Positions 9,614-18,928 of a DNA stretch of 64,000 bases are shown here, one piece after another. Location: positions 32,001-96,000 of the forward strand of contig JBBIRR010000002.1 in the NCBI GenBank assembly GCA_037441705.1. Direction: 5' to 3'. The position numbers were made by a program, and so were the translations under genes. Under the pieces are notes generated by a model. That model was not told the DNA's origin, did no database searches, and was given only the letters and a program-made list of their open reading frames with translations. This DNA comes from Ignavibacteriales bacterium. GTDB lineage: Bacteria; Bacteroidota; Ignavibacteria; UBA10030; UBA6906. The first letter of the stretch is position 1. Every line of letters starts with the position of its first letter.

Positions 9614-11127
9614 GCGGACGGCACAGCATCCGTATTGCAACGGCGGATCGGACACTGGTTGCGGTTGACGACTTCGACATTGCTCCGAACACCATCACCA
9701 TTCTGCTGGGCGAATCCGGGATCGGGAAGACGCTCATCGCGAAGGCGTTGTACGGACTTCTTGATCCCGATGATCTTACCGTCATGATAGACGGCATGCC
9801 GTACGTACATTATCTGCAGCGGCCTGAGACTCAGGCTTTGCAGGCGGAGAGCTTTTTCGTCTTTCAGGAGCCGTCAACGCATCTGAATCCGATGATGACG
9901 CTGCGAGAGCAGCTCAACGAAGGGAGCCTTGCCTCGGCAGAACAGCAGGAGGAGATTCTGCGGCGATTGTGGAGTGCTTCGGCTGAACGCGATGCGTCGT
10001 CGCTCCTTCCCGTCTATCCCAAACCGCATCGTCCCAGCGGCGGCGAGAAGCAAAGGATGTTGTTGGCGATGGCATTCAAGAAAATGGATCTTGTGCTCAC
10101 GGGCAAACGCTTCACTCATCCGCTGTTTGTGTTTGATGAACCCTCCGGCAGTCTCGACAACCGCTACCGTGACATCTTTCTCGAAATGTTGTTCGAGCGG
10201 TTTCGCAAGCTGCCGTTCACCGTTCTTCTCATCACACACGACTATTCGATGATCGGAACGATTCACGAGCGATTCGCCGACGTGCTGCCAGGGATAGCAT
10301 TCAAAGAATTGGCAAGCAGCCGGGATGGCGTACGCCTCCGTGACTTTGAGCCGAAGGAGTATCTTCACTGGCTCAGCGGATTGCGTCCTGCCGCTGCTGC
10401 CGTTGGAGAGCCCGTCCTGACGATTGAGAGTGAGAGCGAAGTTCATGGGCGTACGCTGACAATCACGCGCGACCAGGAGACACCGTGCCCGCTGACATTA
10501 AGTCGCGGTGCGTTGGTGTACCTGAAAGCGCCCAGTGGAGTGGGAAAGACAACGCTTGTGAAGGCGGTGATGGGACTTGTCCGTGCGCAGCGCCTGTCAT
10601 GCTCATTGAACGGCATGGTGCTGACCGAGCGTACACCGGTGCGTGTGTGGCGCCGCCACATCTGGGGAAAGAAGATGACACTCGTCTTTCAGCATGCCGA
10701 CGAAGCGTTGAATCTTGAGTCGAATGTGCGATCGGTTTTTGCAGGGCTTCCTTCCCTCAAGGGCGCGTCGCCCGCGGCGGTTGGTGACATCCTCAGAGGG
10801 TTGTTTGATGCGGAGGACATTTCTGCTCTCGTCACAAAGAAAGTGAAACACCTCAGCGGCGGACAGAAACAACGGCTGAACCTCCTGCGCGGCTTGTCGC
10901 TGAATACCGACGTGCTTATTCTCGATGAGCCGCTCAACGGGCTTGACTTCGAAAGCGCAGGCAGGGTAATCGCCAAACTCCAACAGCAACAGCAGGCGGG
11001 CAAGGCAATTCTTCTCGTCTCTCATAACGAAGAGATTTTCGATCGGCTTGTACCCACTGAACAGGTGTACTATCTGCACGCACGAGAATCCGCTAACCTA
11101 CGGTACCAACGAGACTTAGAAGACTGA
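9610..11127 (+). CDS. ABC ATP-binding protein with two fused NBDs (DppD/DppF-like)
   Basis: Walker A GESGIGKT and APSGVGKT; signatures PSGGEKQR and LSGGQKQR; Walker B VFDEP and ILDEP. Confidence 0.9.
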   Translation: MSGRHSIRIATADRTLVAVDDFDIAPNTITILLGESGIGKTLIAKALYGLLDPDDLTVMIDGMPYVHYLQRPETQALQAESFFVFQEPSTHLNPMMTLREQLNEGSLASAEQQEEILRRLWSASAERDASSLLPVYPKPHRPSGGEKQRMLLAMAFKKMDLVLTGKRFTHPLFVFDEPSGSLDNRYRDIFLEMLFERFRKLPFTVLLITHDYSMIGTIHERFADVLPGIAFKELASSRDGVRLRDFEPKEYLHWLSGLRPAAAAVGEPVLTIESESEVHGRTLTITRDQETPCPLTLSRGALVYLKAPSGVGKTTLVKAVMGLVRAQRLSCSLNGMVLTERTPVRVWRRHIWGKKMTLVFQHADEALNLESNVRSVFAGLPSLKGASPAAVGDILRGLFDAEDISALVTKKVKHLSGGQKQRLNLLRGLSLNTDVLILDEPLNGLDFESAGRVIAKLQQQQQAGKAILLVSHNEEIFDRLVPTEQVYYLHARESANLRYQRDLED

Positions 11128-11170
11128 GGGAAGCAAAACCCCGCCCACCCGGTCCCTTTTCGGCAATAAA

Positions 11171-11233
11171 TCAGATAAAAAAGTCCTTGACATTCCTCGT
11201 CGGCCGTCGTATATTTAAGACGAAATAGTCTGA
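11171..11233. promoter_or_regulatory. Two putative Rrf2 operators (6-N6-6 imperfect inverted repeats)
   Basis: TCAGAT-N6-GTCCTT (11171-11188) and TAAGAC-N6-GTCTGA (11216-11233); same pattern upstream of the second Rrf2 gene. Confidence 0.55.
11187..11215 (+). promoter_or_regulatory. sigma70-type promoter of the Rrf2/nos operon
   Basis: TTGACA (11187-11192) N17 TATATT (11210-11215). Confidence 0.75.
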
Positions 11234-11238
11234 TTACG

Positions 11239-11721
11239 ATGAGCCTGATTTTCAGTCGCGAGTGCGAGTATGCAATCCAGAGTGTGTTGTATCTCGCGCT
11301 TAAGCGTCGGGATGAGCGGACTTCGATCCGCGAGCTGGCAGGACGCTTGAGCATCCCGTACCACTTTCTCGGGAAGATCCTGCAGCGCCTGACGCGCAAA
11401 GGTCTCCTGGTGTCGTACAAAGGGCCGTTGGGAGGATTTGCTTTGAGCATGCCCCCTGAGGAGATCACGCTCTTTCATATCGTCGAGGCTATTGACGGAA
11501 CGGCGTTCACCAGAATGTGTGTGCTCGGGTTCTCGGAGTGTACGCCGGAACGGCCCTGCTCTGTTCACGAGCACTGGTCGACGTTGCGGGACAACATCTA
11601 TCATATGCTGATCAGAAAGAACATTGCAGACATGGGTCGCGATATGAGAAAGCCCGAGTACCAGCGACTGCCGGCGGTCAAAGCAATTCTTTCCCATCCA
11701 TCACCAACACGAACCACTTGA
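11239..11721 (+). CDS. Rrf2 family transcriptional regulator (Fe-S type)
   Basis: FSRECEYA, wHTH with KGPLGGF wing, C-terminal CVLG..EC....PC.VH. Confidence 0.92.
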   Translation: MSLIFSRECEYAIQSVLYLALKRRDERTSIRELAGRLSIPYHFLGKILQRLTRKGLLVSYKGPLGGFALSMPPEEITLFHIVEAIDGTAFTRMCVLGFSECTPERPCSVHEHWSTLRDNIYHMLIRKNIADMGRDMRKPEYQRLPAVKAILSHPSPTRTT

Positions 11722-11747
11722 ATGTCTTACTACATGGAGATGCACGA

Positions 11748-12326
11748 ATGAAACCAACCGAAGAACTGATCCGTGAACATGACGCCATCCAAACGATGCT
11801 GCGCATTCTGGAGAGCGCGAGCACACGTCTGCTTGCCGGTGAAACGGTAAGCGCCGACGACCTCGGCAACATGATCGAGTTCCTTCGCGTGTTTGCCGAC
11901 CGATGCCATCATGCGAAAGAAGAGACGGTACTCTTTCCTGCCATGGAGGCGGTGGGGATACCGCGCGAACGAGGACCCATTGGGGTGATGTTGTCCGAAC
12001 ATGACGCGGGCCGCAAGCATATTCGCGGGATGGCGGACGCGCTCGACAGCTATAGAAAGGGTGTCGATGGCGCCGCGCGTGAGTTTGTAACGCATGCACG
12101 TCTCTACAGCAATCTTCTCTTCCAGCACATTCAGAAAGAAAATCAGATTCTCTTTCCGATGGCCGATGCGCACATAGCGGAGACGGAACAGGAGCGCATA
12201 GCCCGGGAATTTGCGCGGCTGGAAGCTGAGCAGATCGGCGAAGGAACGCATGAACGCTTTCATGCGCTTCTCGGAGAATTGAAGCAAGCATACCTCTCGA
12301 CTGAACTATCACCCGCGAAGGCGTAG
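11748..12326 (+). CDS. Hemerythrin (HHE) domain protein
   Basis: EHDAI, HHAKEE..LFP, EHD.GR and HIQKEN.ILFP motifs. Start MKPTEELIREH after GGAG. Confidence 0.88.
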   Translation: MKPTEELIREHDAIQTMLRILESASTRLLAGETVSADDLGNMIEFLRVFADRCHHAKEETVLFPAMEAVGIPRERGPIGVMLSEHDAGRKHIRGMADALDSYRKGVDGAAREFVTHARLYSNLLFQHIQKENQILFPMADAHIAETEQERIAREFARLEAEQIGEGTHERFHALLGELKQAYLSTELSPAKA

Positions 12327-12328
12327 CC

Positions 12329-13114
12329 GTGCACGCTGTCGCTGACTTCTACGATGCACTTGCATCCGACTATGATCTGATGACGGGCTTCGAGCAGCGC
12401 GTGGTTACTGATCGGCCGTTCTTCCGGTTGCTTGTGGAACGTTACGGCATCAAGCGCGCGGTGGATGCCGGCTGCGGTACGGGGTTTCACAGTTTTTTGC
12501 TCACCCAGCTCGGCGTGGATGTTACGGCGGTGGATGTCTCCGAAGCAATGCTTCGGAAACTCTCTGAACGGGCTGCCGCGCTGAACGTGCAAGTTCATAT
12601 CGTACGAACGGATTTCCGATCGCTTGCTTCTGCACTTCAGCAAAAGTACGATGCAGTCTTCTGTCTCGGGAACACGTTGGCTCACCTCCAATCAGAGGAA
12701 GAACTGCGCGCAGCGTTGACAAATTTCTCCTCTGTAATTGTCCCGGGTGGCTGTTTGTTTCTGCAAGTCGTGAATTTTGAACGCATTCTCGCATCGCGGC
12801 AGCGCATCCAAAGCGTACGGGAGCGCGACGACAAAGTGTTTGTCCGCTTCTATGATTTTGAGCCGACCAAGATTCGCTTCAACATCTTGACCCTGGAACG
12901 GCATGAAGGCTCGCTCAGTCACCGCTTGCAATCCGTTTGCCTCCGTCCCATCCGTTCGAGCGAGCTTGTTGATGTAGTCCAGCGCTGTGGCTTCGAACAG
13001 CCGGCGGTGTTCGGCGGGATCTCGCTGGAGGAGTTTCTTCCCGAGCGTTCTCCCGACATCGTGCTGGTTGCCCGAAAGATGGGGAAAGGTTCCGACACTT
13101 CCACAACAGTGTGA
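12329..13114 (+). CDS. Class I SAM-dependent methyltransferase (glycine/sarcosine N-methyltransferase-like)
   Basis: VDAGCGTG, VDVS..ML and CLGNTLAH motifs. Confidence 0.85.
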   Translation: MHAVADFYDALASDYDLMTGFEQRVVTDRPFFRLLVERYGIKRAVDAGCGTGFHSFLLTQLGVDVTAVDVSEAMLRKLSERAAALNVQVHIVRTDFRSLASALQQKYDAVFCLGNTLAHLQSEEELRAALTNFSSVIVPGGCLFLQVVNFERILASRQRIQSVRERDDKVFVRFYDFEPTKIRFNILTLERHEGSLSHRLQSVCLRPIRSSELVDVVQRCGFEQPAVFGGISLEEFLPERSPDIVLVARKMGKGSDTSTTV

Positions 13115-13119
13115 GGATC

Positions 13120-15021
13120 ATGGCACAGTATTACAAGCCGGTTATTCCCGACATCGAATTCTGGAAGAATCTCGTCCCGTGCCAGATCGGATGCCCGATC
13201 CACACCGATGCGGGGCGATACGTCCAGCTCATTGCCGAGCAGAAGTACAAAGAGGCATACCTCACTGCGCGTTCACCCAATCCCTTTGCAAGTGTCTGCG
13301 GGCGTGTGTGTGCTGCGCCGTGTGAAGATTGGTGCCGCCGGGGGAAGATTGATACGCCGGTCAGCATTCGCGCGCTGAAGCGCTTCGTCACGGAAAAATA
13401 CGGCGTCGAGTCCGTTGTGCCCGATACCCAGGACGAGTTGTTCGAGGGCGGAAACGATCCCGGCAACAAGTGGCTCTGGCACCTGCCTGCACAAGTCGAA
13501 GCGCGCAAGAACGTCGTCAAGAACAAGAAAGTTGCCGTCATCGGGTCGGGGCCTGCGGGCCTTTCGTGCGCGCATGATCTTGCGCTGATGGGCTATCAGG
13601 TGACGGTGTTCGAGGCGACGAACGTTGCCGGCGGTATGCTGCGTCACGGGATTCCCGAGTACCGTCTCTCCCGCAGCCTGATCGATAAGGAAATTGAGAA
13701 GATCAAGTTTTTGGGCGTCGACATCCGGTACAACACGCCGCTGACGCAGTCGTTCGGTCTGAAGGAATTGAAGCGCGAGGGTTTTGAGGCGGTGTTTCTT
13801 TCCGTCGGAACACAAAAGGGCCGCGACCTCAACATCGAGGGAAACTCTCTCGATGGCATCATCAAAGCCATTGATTATCTCCTCAACGTCAACAACGGCT
13901 ATCGCGTCAATCTTGGTAAGAAGGTGTTGGTGATCGGCGGCGGTTTCGTTGCCTTCGATGCCGCCCGTATGGCATTACGCGGCGCGCCGGACGGAGAAGG
14001 CGGGGATATTCACGCGGCGGTGGACGCTGCCCGAACGGCCATTCGAGCAGGCGCGCAGGAAGTGCATATCGCCAGCCTCGAATCGTTCGCCGAAATGCCC
14101 GTGTTACGGACCGCGCAGGGACATGAAGAGTTCGAGGAAGCAAAGCGTGAAGGGATTATCTTCCATCCGCAGCGTGGCCCCCGCCGATTCATCGGCGAGC
14201 AGGGAAGGGTGAAGGCGGTGGAGTTCATCGGCGTGAAGCGGACCTACGATGACGCCGGTCGGTTCAATCCAGAATATGATCCAAGTTACTCCGAGACGTT
14301 CGAGACGGATTCGGTGATTCTCGCGATCGGGCAACAAACGGATCTGTCGTTTCTCAGGCCCGAAGACAACATCGAACTCACGCCCGGCAAGCTCATCAAG
14401 ATTGATCCCGAAACCCTTGCCACGACGGCGCCGGGCGTGTTCGCCGGCGGCGACGTTGCGTTTGGACCGCGCAATATCATCGACGCTGTAGCAAACGGCA
14501 AACGAGCGGCCCTCTCCATTGATGAGTACCTTCGAGGCATCAAGCCGGAGACGTTCTACAATCTCTTGATCGAGAAAATTCCGACACGCCGTTTCACCCG
14601 ACCAGAAGACTACGAGCAGCATGCAAGAGAGGCGCCACCCTCCATTGACCTGAACCGCCGCACAGGAATCTCCGAAGTCGAAATCGGCTACACAGATCAG
14701 CAGGCACGCACGCAGGCCGAACGGTGCCTCGCCTGCCACATTCAAACGATCTACGACGCGGACAAATGTGTGATGTGCAACCGCTGCGTGGACATCTGCC
14801 CGGAGTACTGCCTGAAGCTGGTTCCGCTTGCCGAGCTGGAGCTTGACGAGCAAACGAAGACACAACTCCTGAACCACTACAACCTCGATCCGTTCCAGCA
14901 TGCTTCGGCGATGCTCAAGGACGACGAAACGTGCATTCGGTGTGGCCTCTGTGCACTGCGTTGCCCGACCGACGCGATGACAATGGAAGTCTTTTATTAC
15001 GAACAGAAAGAAGTAGCGTGA
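13120..15021 (+). CDS. FAD/NAD(P)-dependent iron-sulfur oxidoreductase (GltD/NfnB/DsrL-like) with C-terminal 2x[4Fe-4S] ferredoxin domain
   Basis: CQIGCP, CGRVCAAPCEDWC, GSGPAG, GIPEYRL, GGGFVAFD, FAGGD, RCLAC, CVMCNRCVDICP, CIRCGLCALRCP. Confidence 0.88.
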   Translation: MAQYYKPVIPDIEFWKNLVPCQIGCPIHTDAGRYVQLIAEQKYKEAYLTARSPNPFASVCGRVCAAPCEDWCRRGKIDTPVSIRALKRFVTEKYGVESVVPDTQDELFEGGNDPGNKWLWHLPAQVEARKNVVKNKKVAVIGSGPAGLSCAHDLALMGYQVTVFEATNVAGGMLRHGIPEYRLSRSLIDKEIEKIKFLGVDIRYNTPLTQSFGLKELKREGFEAVFLSVGTQKGRDLNIEGNSLDGIIKAIDYLLNVNNGYRVNLGKKVLVIGGGFVAFDAARMALRGAPDGEGGDIHAAVDAARTAIRAGAQEVHIASLESFAEMPVLRTAQGHEEFEEAKREGIIFHPQRGPRRFIGEQGRVKAVEFIGVKRTYDDAGRFNPEYDPSYSETFETDSVILAIGQQTDLSFLRPEDNIELTPGKLIKIDPETLATTAPGVFAGGDVAFGPRNIIDAVANGKRAALSIDEYLRGIKPETFYNLLIEKIPTRRFTRPEDYEQHAREAPPSIDLNRRTGISEVEIGYTDQQARTQAERCLACHIQTIYDADKCVMCNRCVDICPEYCLKLVPLAELELDEQTKTQLLNHYNLDPFQHASAMLKDDETCIRCGLCALRCPTDAMTMEVFYYEQKEVA

Positions 15022-15058
15022 TGGTATCTCATGGAAACAGAACACACGGAGTCTGTTT

Positions 15059-15607
15059 ATGAAATTCTTCAAGAAGTCGAACGGAAAAGCTGAACCGGAA
15101 GCGCGTCCGGCAGATACAGGCCGTCGGTCGTTTCTTGAAAAGCTCGGCTTTGGAAGTTTGATCGCCGGGCTGGCGGGATTTGGCCTGCAGTCGTTCCGGT
15201 CGCTTATTCCCAACGTGTTGTATGAGCCGCCGATGAAATTCAAGGTTGGTCATCCGTCAACGCTGGCAGACGGCGTGACGTTTCTGGAAGACAAGCGGCT
15301 GTATCTTTTCAAAGAAGGAAAGTCGTTCTACGCGATCTCGGCAGCGTGCACACATCTCGGCTGTACCGTCAAGTACACCAAACTCAATCAGCCGAAACAA
15401 GTTGAGATAGATGGAGAAAAGAAAACCGTCCCGTTCGAATTTCACTGCCCGTGCCACGGCTCGAAGTTCTATTCGGACGGAACGAACTACGCGGGGCCTG
15501 CACCGAAACCGTTGCACTGGTACCGACTGGAAGTCGCTCCCGATGATGGCCAGTTGGTCGTGAACATGAGCGATGAAGTGGAGAGAAGTTTCCGATTGAC
15601 CGTTTGA
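15059..15607 (+). CDS. Rieske [2Fe-2S] subunit of a Rieske/cytochrome b complex
   Basis: Tat motif GRRSFL; CTHLGC and CPCHGS; GPAPKPL. Confidence 0.93.
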   Translation: MKFFKKSNGKAEPEARPADTGRRSFLEKLGFGSLIAGLAGFGLQSFRSLIPNVLYEPPMKFKVGHPSTLADGVTFLEDKRLYLFKEGKSFYAISAACTHLGCTVKYTKLNQPKQVEIDGEKKTVPFEFHCPCHGSKFYSDGTNYAGPAPKPLHWYRLEVAPDDGQLVVNMSDEVERSFRLTV

Positions 15608-15637
15608 TGTGCAGTTACTTAAACGAAGGAACACACA

Positions 15638-16963
15638 ATGCAAATTGCTGAAGCGACAAAGCGAGTCTCCAACAAGCTTCTCTGGCCGTGGAAACCTTCC
15701 AGCGACAAAGAAGCCGGCGACGCGATCGTTAAGAACTTGCTCCTGCACTGGTTCCCGAACAAGGTGACGAAAGGAAGCCTGTCGTGGACCTATTCCTTCT
15801 ACCTTGGAACGATCTCGTTTGTTCTGTTCGTGATTCTCTCGCTCACGGGCGTCGTGCTCATGTTTCTTTACGTGCCGTCGGTGGAGCGCGCATACAGTTC
15901 GGTAAAGGACATCGAGTACGTGGTGTCCTTTGGCTGGTTGTTGCGGGGTATGCACCGCATCGCGGCACATCTGATGGTGGCGGTGGTTTTCCTGCACATG
16001 GTGCGTGTGTTTCTGACCGGCGCCTACAAGAACGGAAGCGCCGTCGGCGCGAACAGACCGCTCAACTGGATCATCGGCCTTGTGCTGCTCCTGGCGACGC
16101 TCCTTCTGTCCTTCACCGGCTACTTGCTGCCGTGGGATCAGTTAGCGTACTGGGCAATCACCGTCGGGACGAACATTGCCAGCGCCGCTCCGATCGTTGG
16201 CGAGTGGATTCGCTTCCTCCTACTCGGCGGCAATACCATTGATCAGGGAGCGCTGATTCGCTTTTATGTGCTGCACGTGTTCTTTCTTCCTGTGCTGGTT
16301 GTGTTTCTCTTCTCGTGGCACATGTGGCGTGTGAGGAAGGACGGTGGGCTCGCCATTGTTGATCACGAAGTCCTGACGCAGAAAGCGGAGAAGGCAGCCC
16401 CGGTGAAGTCGAAAACCTATTCACTTCTCGGCATCACCAACGGTACGACGGTGCATGTACAAAACACGATGGTGGACGAGGAAAAGAACTCCGTGCCCTC
16501 GACGCCCCATCTTACGCGACGCATCGGGCTTGTGAGTGCTGCAACGCTGGTTGTCGTTGTGCTGCTCACGCTCGTCTTTCGCGCGCCGCTCGAAGCTCCG
16601 GCAAACCCGGCGGTGACACCCAATCCGGCGAAAGCGCCGTGGTACTTCCTCTGGCTTCAGGAGATCGTCACGATTACGACGGTGAAGATCGGTTCGTTCA
16701 CCATCAACGGCGCGTTGATTGGCGGCATTCTTCTGCCGGGCGTGCTGTTCGTGCTTGCCGCATGGTGGCCGTATCGCGACAGGTCGAGCGTCAACAACGT
16801 CGGCGTGTGGTTTGCTGCTGAGCGCAAGCGACAGAATATGGTGTTCCTCGCTATCTGTCTGTTCGTCATTCTCTTCACCATCATCGGGACGTATTTGCGA
16901 GGGCCGTATTGGAACTTCTACTGGCCATGGGAAACGTGGCCCGAGATGCCGGTAAAATTCTGA
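15638..16963 (+). CDS. Cytochrome b (b6 plus subunit IV fused) of a Rieske/cytb complex
   Basis: Heme ligands in RGMH...FLH and VLH...SWH; TGYLLPWDQ; PAKAPWYF. Confidence 0.92.
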   Translation: MQIAEATKRVSNKLLWPWKPSSDKEAGDAIVKNLLLHWFPNKVTKGSLSWTYSFYLGTISFVLFVILSLTGVVLMFLYVPSVERAYSSVKDIEYVVSFGWLLRGMHRIAAHLMVAVVFLHMVRVFLTGAYKNGSAVGANRPLNWIIGLVLLLATLLLSFTGYLLPWDQLAYWAITVGTNIASAAPIVGEWIRFLLLGGNTIDQGALIRFYVLHVFFLPVLVVFLFSWHMWRVRKDGGLAIVDHEVLTQKAEKAAPVKSKTYSLLGITNGTTVHVQNTMVDEEKNSVPSTPHLTRRIGLVSAATLVVVVLLTLVFRAPLEAPANPAVTPNPAKAPWYFLWLQEIVTITTVKIGSFTINGALIGGILLPGVLFVLAAWWPYRDRSSVNNVGVWFAAERKRQNMVFLAICLFVILFTIIGTYLRGPYWNFYWPWETWPEMPVKF

Positions 16964-16983
16964 GAGGAGGAATGATGGAAGCG

Positions 16984-17546
16984 TTAGTGGACAACGAGTT
17001 GCTTCCTGGGGCCGTCGAGTGTGAACTTCAACCGATTGAGAATATCCAGACCGAGGTAGGCTGTGTCAGTCTCCGGGGCAACGCCTTCGATGTTTTCGAA
17101 GATCCACCCGTTGAGCTTGAGGTGAACAACATGGGCTTTGTAAAGCATTGTACGACCATCATCATCTGCGACGAGGACCTCGCTGAAAGCTCTCGTGCCC
17201 AGGTGTGGGATAAGAGTGCCGGAACGATCGACATATCGGCGCCAGTATCCACTCTGAATTTCACGCGGCGCTTGCGCCCGTGTATTGGAGAAATGATGTC
17301 GATAGGAAGAATTGGAGCCGGGCGGGTCGTGCGGGAGTAACCGTATTCTCGAAACATGCGATTCAGCAGTCCCGAACGGGTAGCGTCAACGCCGATTACC
17401 TGCTCGTTGTGGATCGCAATGTATTTGTCCCTGTACTTCCGTAGGAACTCTGCCTTATGCTGATGATAGTACCGACGGTTCCGTTCGGCAAGACGTTGAG
17501 CAGCTCGGTCCTGCATGCGGCGATTCCGTTTCGTTGTGGTCGGCAT
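16984..17546 (-). pseudogene. Decayed DUF5678-like / retropepsin-like aspartyl protease gene pair
   Basis: N-part FLRKYRDKYIAIHNEQVIGVD (DUF5678-like) runs into PAPIL...VDTGADMSIVP. After a frameshift near 17213 another frame reads ...AYLGLDILNRLKFTLDGPRKQLVVH* (stop 16984-16986). Confidence 0.7.
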
Positions 17547-17610
17547 TGGTTCCTCGTCCTGTCCGCTTGAGAAAAACTATGTAATCTGAATCCAACTTGC
17601 AAGGATAGCC

Positions 17611-18840
17611 ATGGATCACAAATCAGTCAACGACAAACTCACGTTCGTGAAGCAGGACAGACTGCTGCTCAGCCTCGTGGGCATCGCCGTGTTTGTGCTG
17701 ATGGGCTTCGTCACCTACAACTACCTTACGCCGGCATGGCAAGATTATCAGGCGGAGTTCCGGGATTTGGTGGAGGAAAAGTTCGGGCCTGATCGTGCAG
17801 CGACTGTGCCGCGAGGGTTGCAGCAAGTGTATGTGAAGGAGTTGAACAGGATTGATCGCTGCGTCACCTGCCATCAGGGCGTGGAGTGGAAAGGGTTGGA
17901 GAATGCCCCTGAGCCGTTTCGCACTCATCGCAAAGAAATTCTGGAAAAGCATCCCATTGAAAAATTTGGATGCACGACGTGTCACGGCGGCCAGGGGTAT
18001 GCAACGGAGAGGCGTGATGCACACGGGTTGATCAAGGATTGGGAGGAGCCGCTGTTAGGTCGGGAGTTGGGGGAGTTTTATGTTATGAGCAACAAAAAGG
18101 CCCTCATGCAGATGAACTGCAACACCTGCCATCGGTACGACAAGTACACGAAAGGCGCGGAGTATATCAATCGCGCGAAGGAGTTGGTAACGCAGAAGGG
18201 ATGCCGCGCCTGCCATGTTATCAACGGACGTGGCGGCACGGTTGGGCCGGACCTGACATACGAAGGAATGAAGGCGCCCGAACAATTCAATTACGAGCGC
18301 ATCAAAGGCTTCCTTTCGGAATTCAGCTGGCAGGTGGCCCATCTGAAAAACCCGAAGGAACTTGTCCCGGAAACCGTCATGCCCAACTTCAATTTCTCCA
18401 GCGCGGATGCGCAGGCGCTCGCGATGTTGGTCATGAGCTGGAAGAAGGAACACATCCCCGTCGAGTACATCCCCGGCCACAACTTCCGGGACATCCCAAC
18501 GCCGGAGGAGAAGGAGAAAGAAGAACGGATGCTGAAGGGGCCGGGAGCCTTCTTCGTGAAAAAGAATTGCTTCGTGTGCCATTCCGTTTCGACTCTGGGC
18601 ATTGATGCCGCTGCGCAGATTGGCCCGGACCTCGCGCTCGCCGTCGAGGATGTGCAGTCGCGCTTCGGTCGTACACTCGACGATTTCCTGGCGAAGCCCA
18701 CGGGGACGATGGAGGTGGTCCTCTCGACGATGATTACCCTCACCCCCGAAGAACGCGCGGAAGCGATCAGCAAACTGCGGCATGCCTATGAGTTGTATCA
18801 GACACAGAAGAAAGAGCAACAGGTGGCCAAAGGGAAGTGA
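17611..18840 (+). CDS. Membrane-anchored pentaheme cytochrome c
   Basis: N-terminal TM; CVTCH, CTTCH, CNTCH, CRACH, CFVCH. Confidence 0.9.
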   Translation: MDHKSVNDKLTFVKQDRLLLSLVGIAVFVLMGFVTYNYLTPAWQDYQAEFRDLVEEKFGPDRAATVPRGLQQVYVKELNRIDRCVTCHQGVEWKGLENAPEPFRTHRKEILEKHPIEKFGCTTCHGGQGYATERRDAHGLIKDWEEPLLGRELGEFYVMSNKKALMQMNCNTCHRYDKYTKGAEYINRAKELVTQKGCRACHVINGRGGTVGPDLTYEGMKAPEQFNYERIKGFLSEFSWQVAHLKNPKELVPETVMPNFNFSSADAQALAMLVMSWKKEHIPVEYIPGHNFRDIPTPEEKEKEERMLKGPGAFFVKKNCFVCHSVSTLGIDAAAQIGPDLALAVEDVQSRFGRTLDDFLAKPTGTMEVVLSTMITLTPEERAEAISKLRHAYELYQTQKKEQQVAKGK

Positions 18841-18928
18841 CATTCATAGATCACTATAACACCTACAATAAACCCCGGAGACACACAGACCGGGATCAAC
18901 CAACATAACACAGAAGGAGTCAACAACA

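Noticed and set aside
16909-17340. Plus-strand ORF after cytochrome b as an extra bc subunit
   Set aside because: It is the antisense of a recognisable aspartyl-protease sequence and has no TM or heme motif. Only its RBS/ATG is noted as a possible relic.
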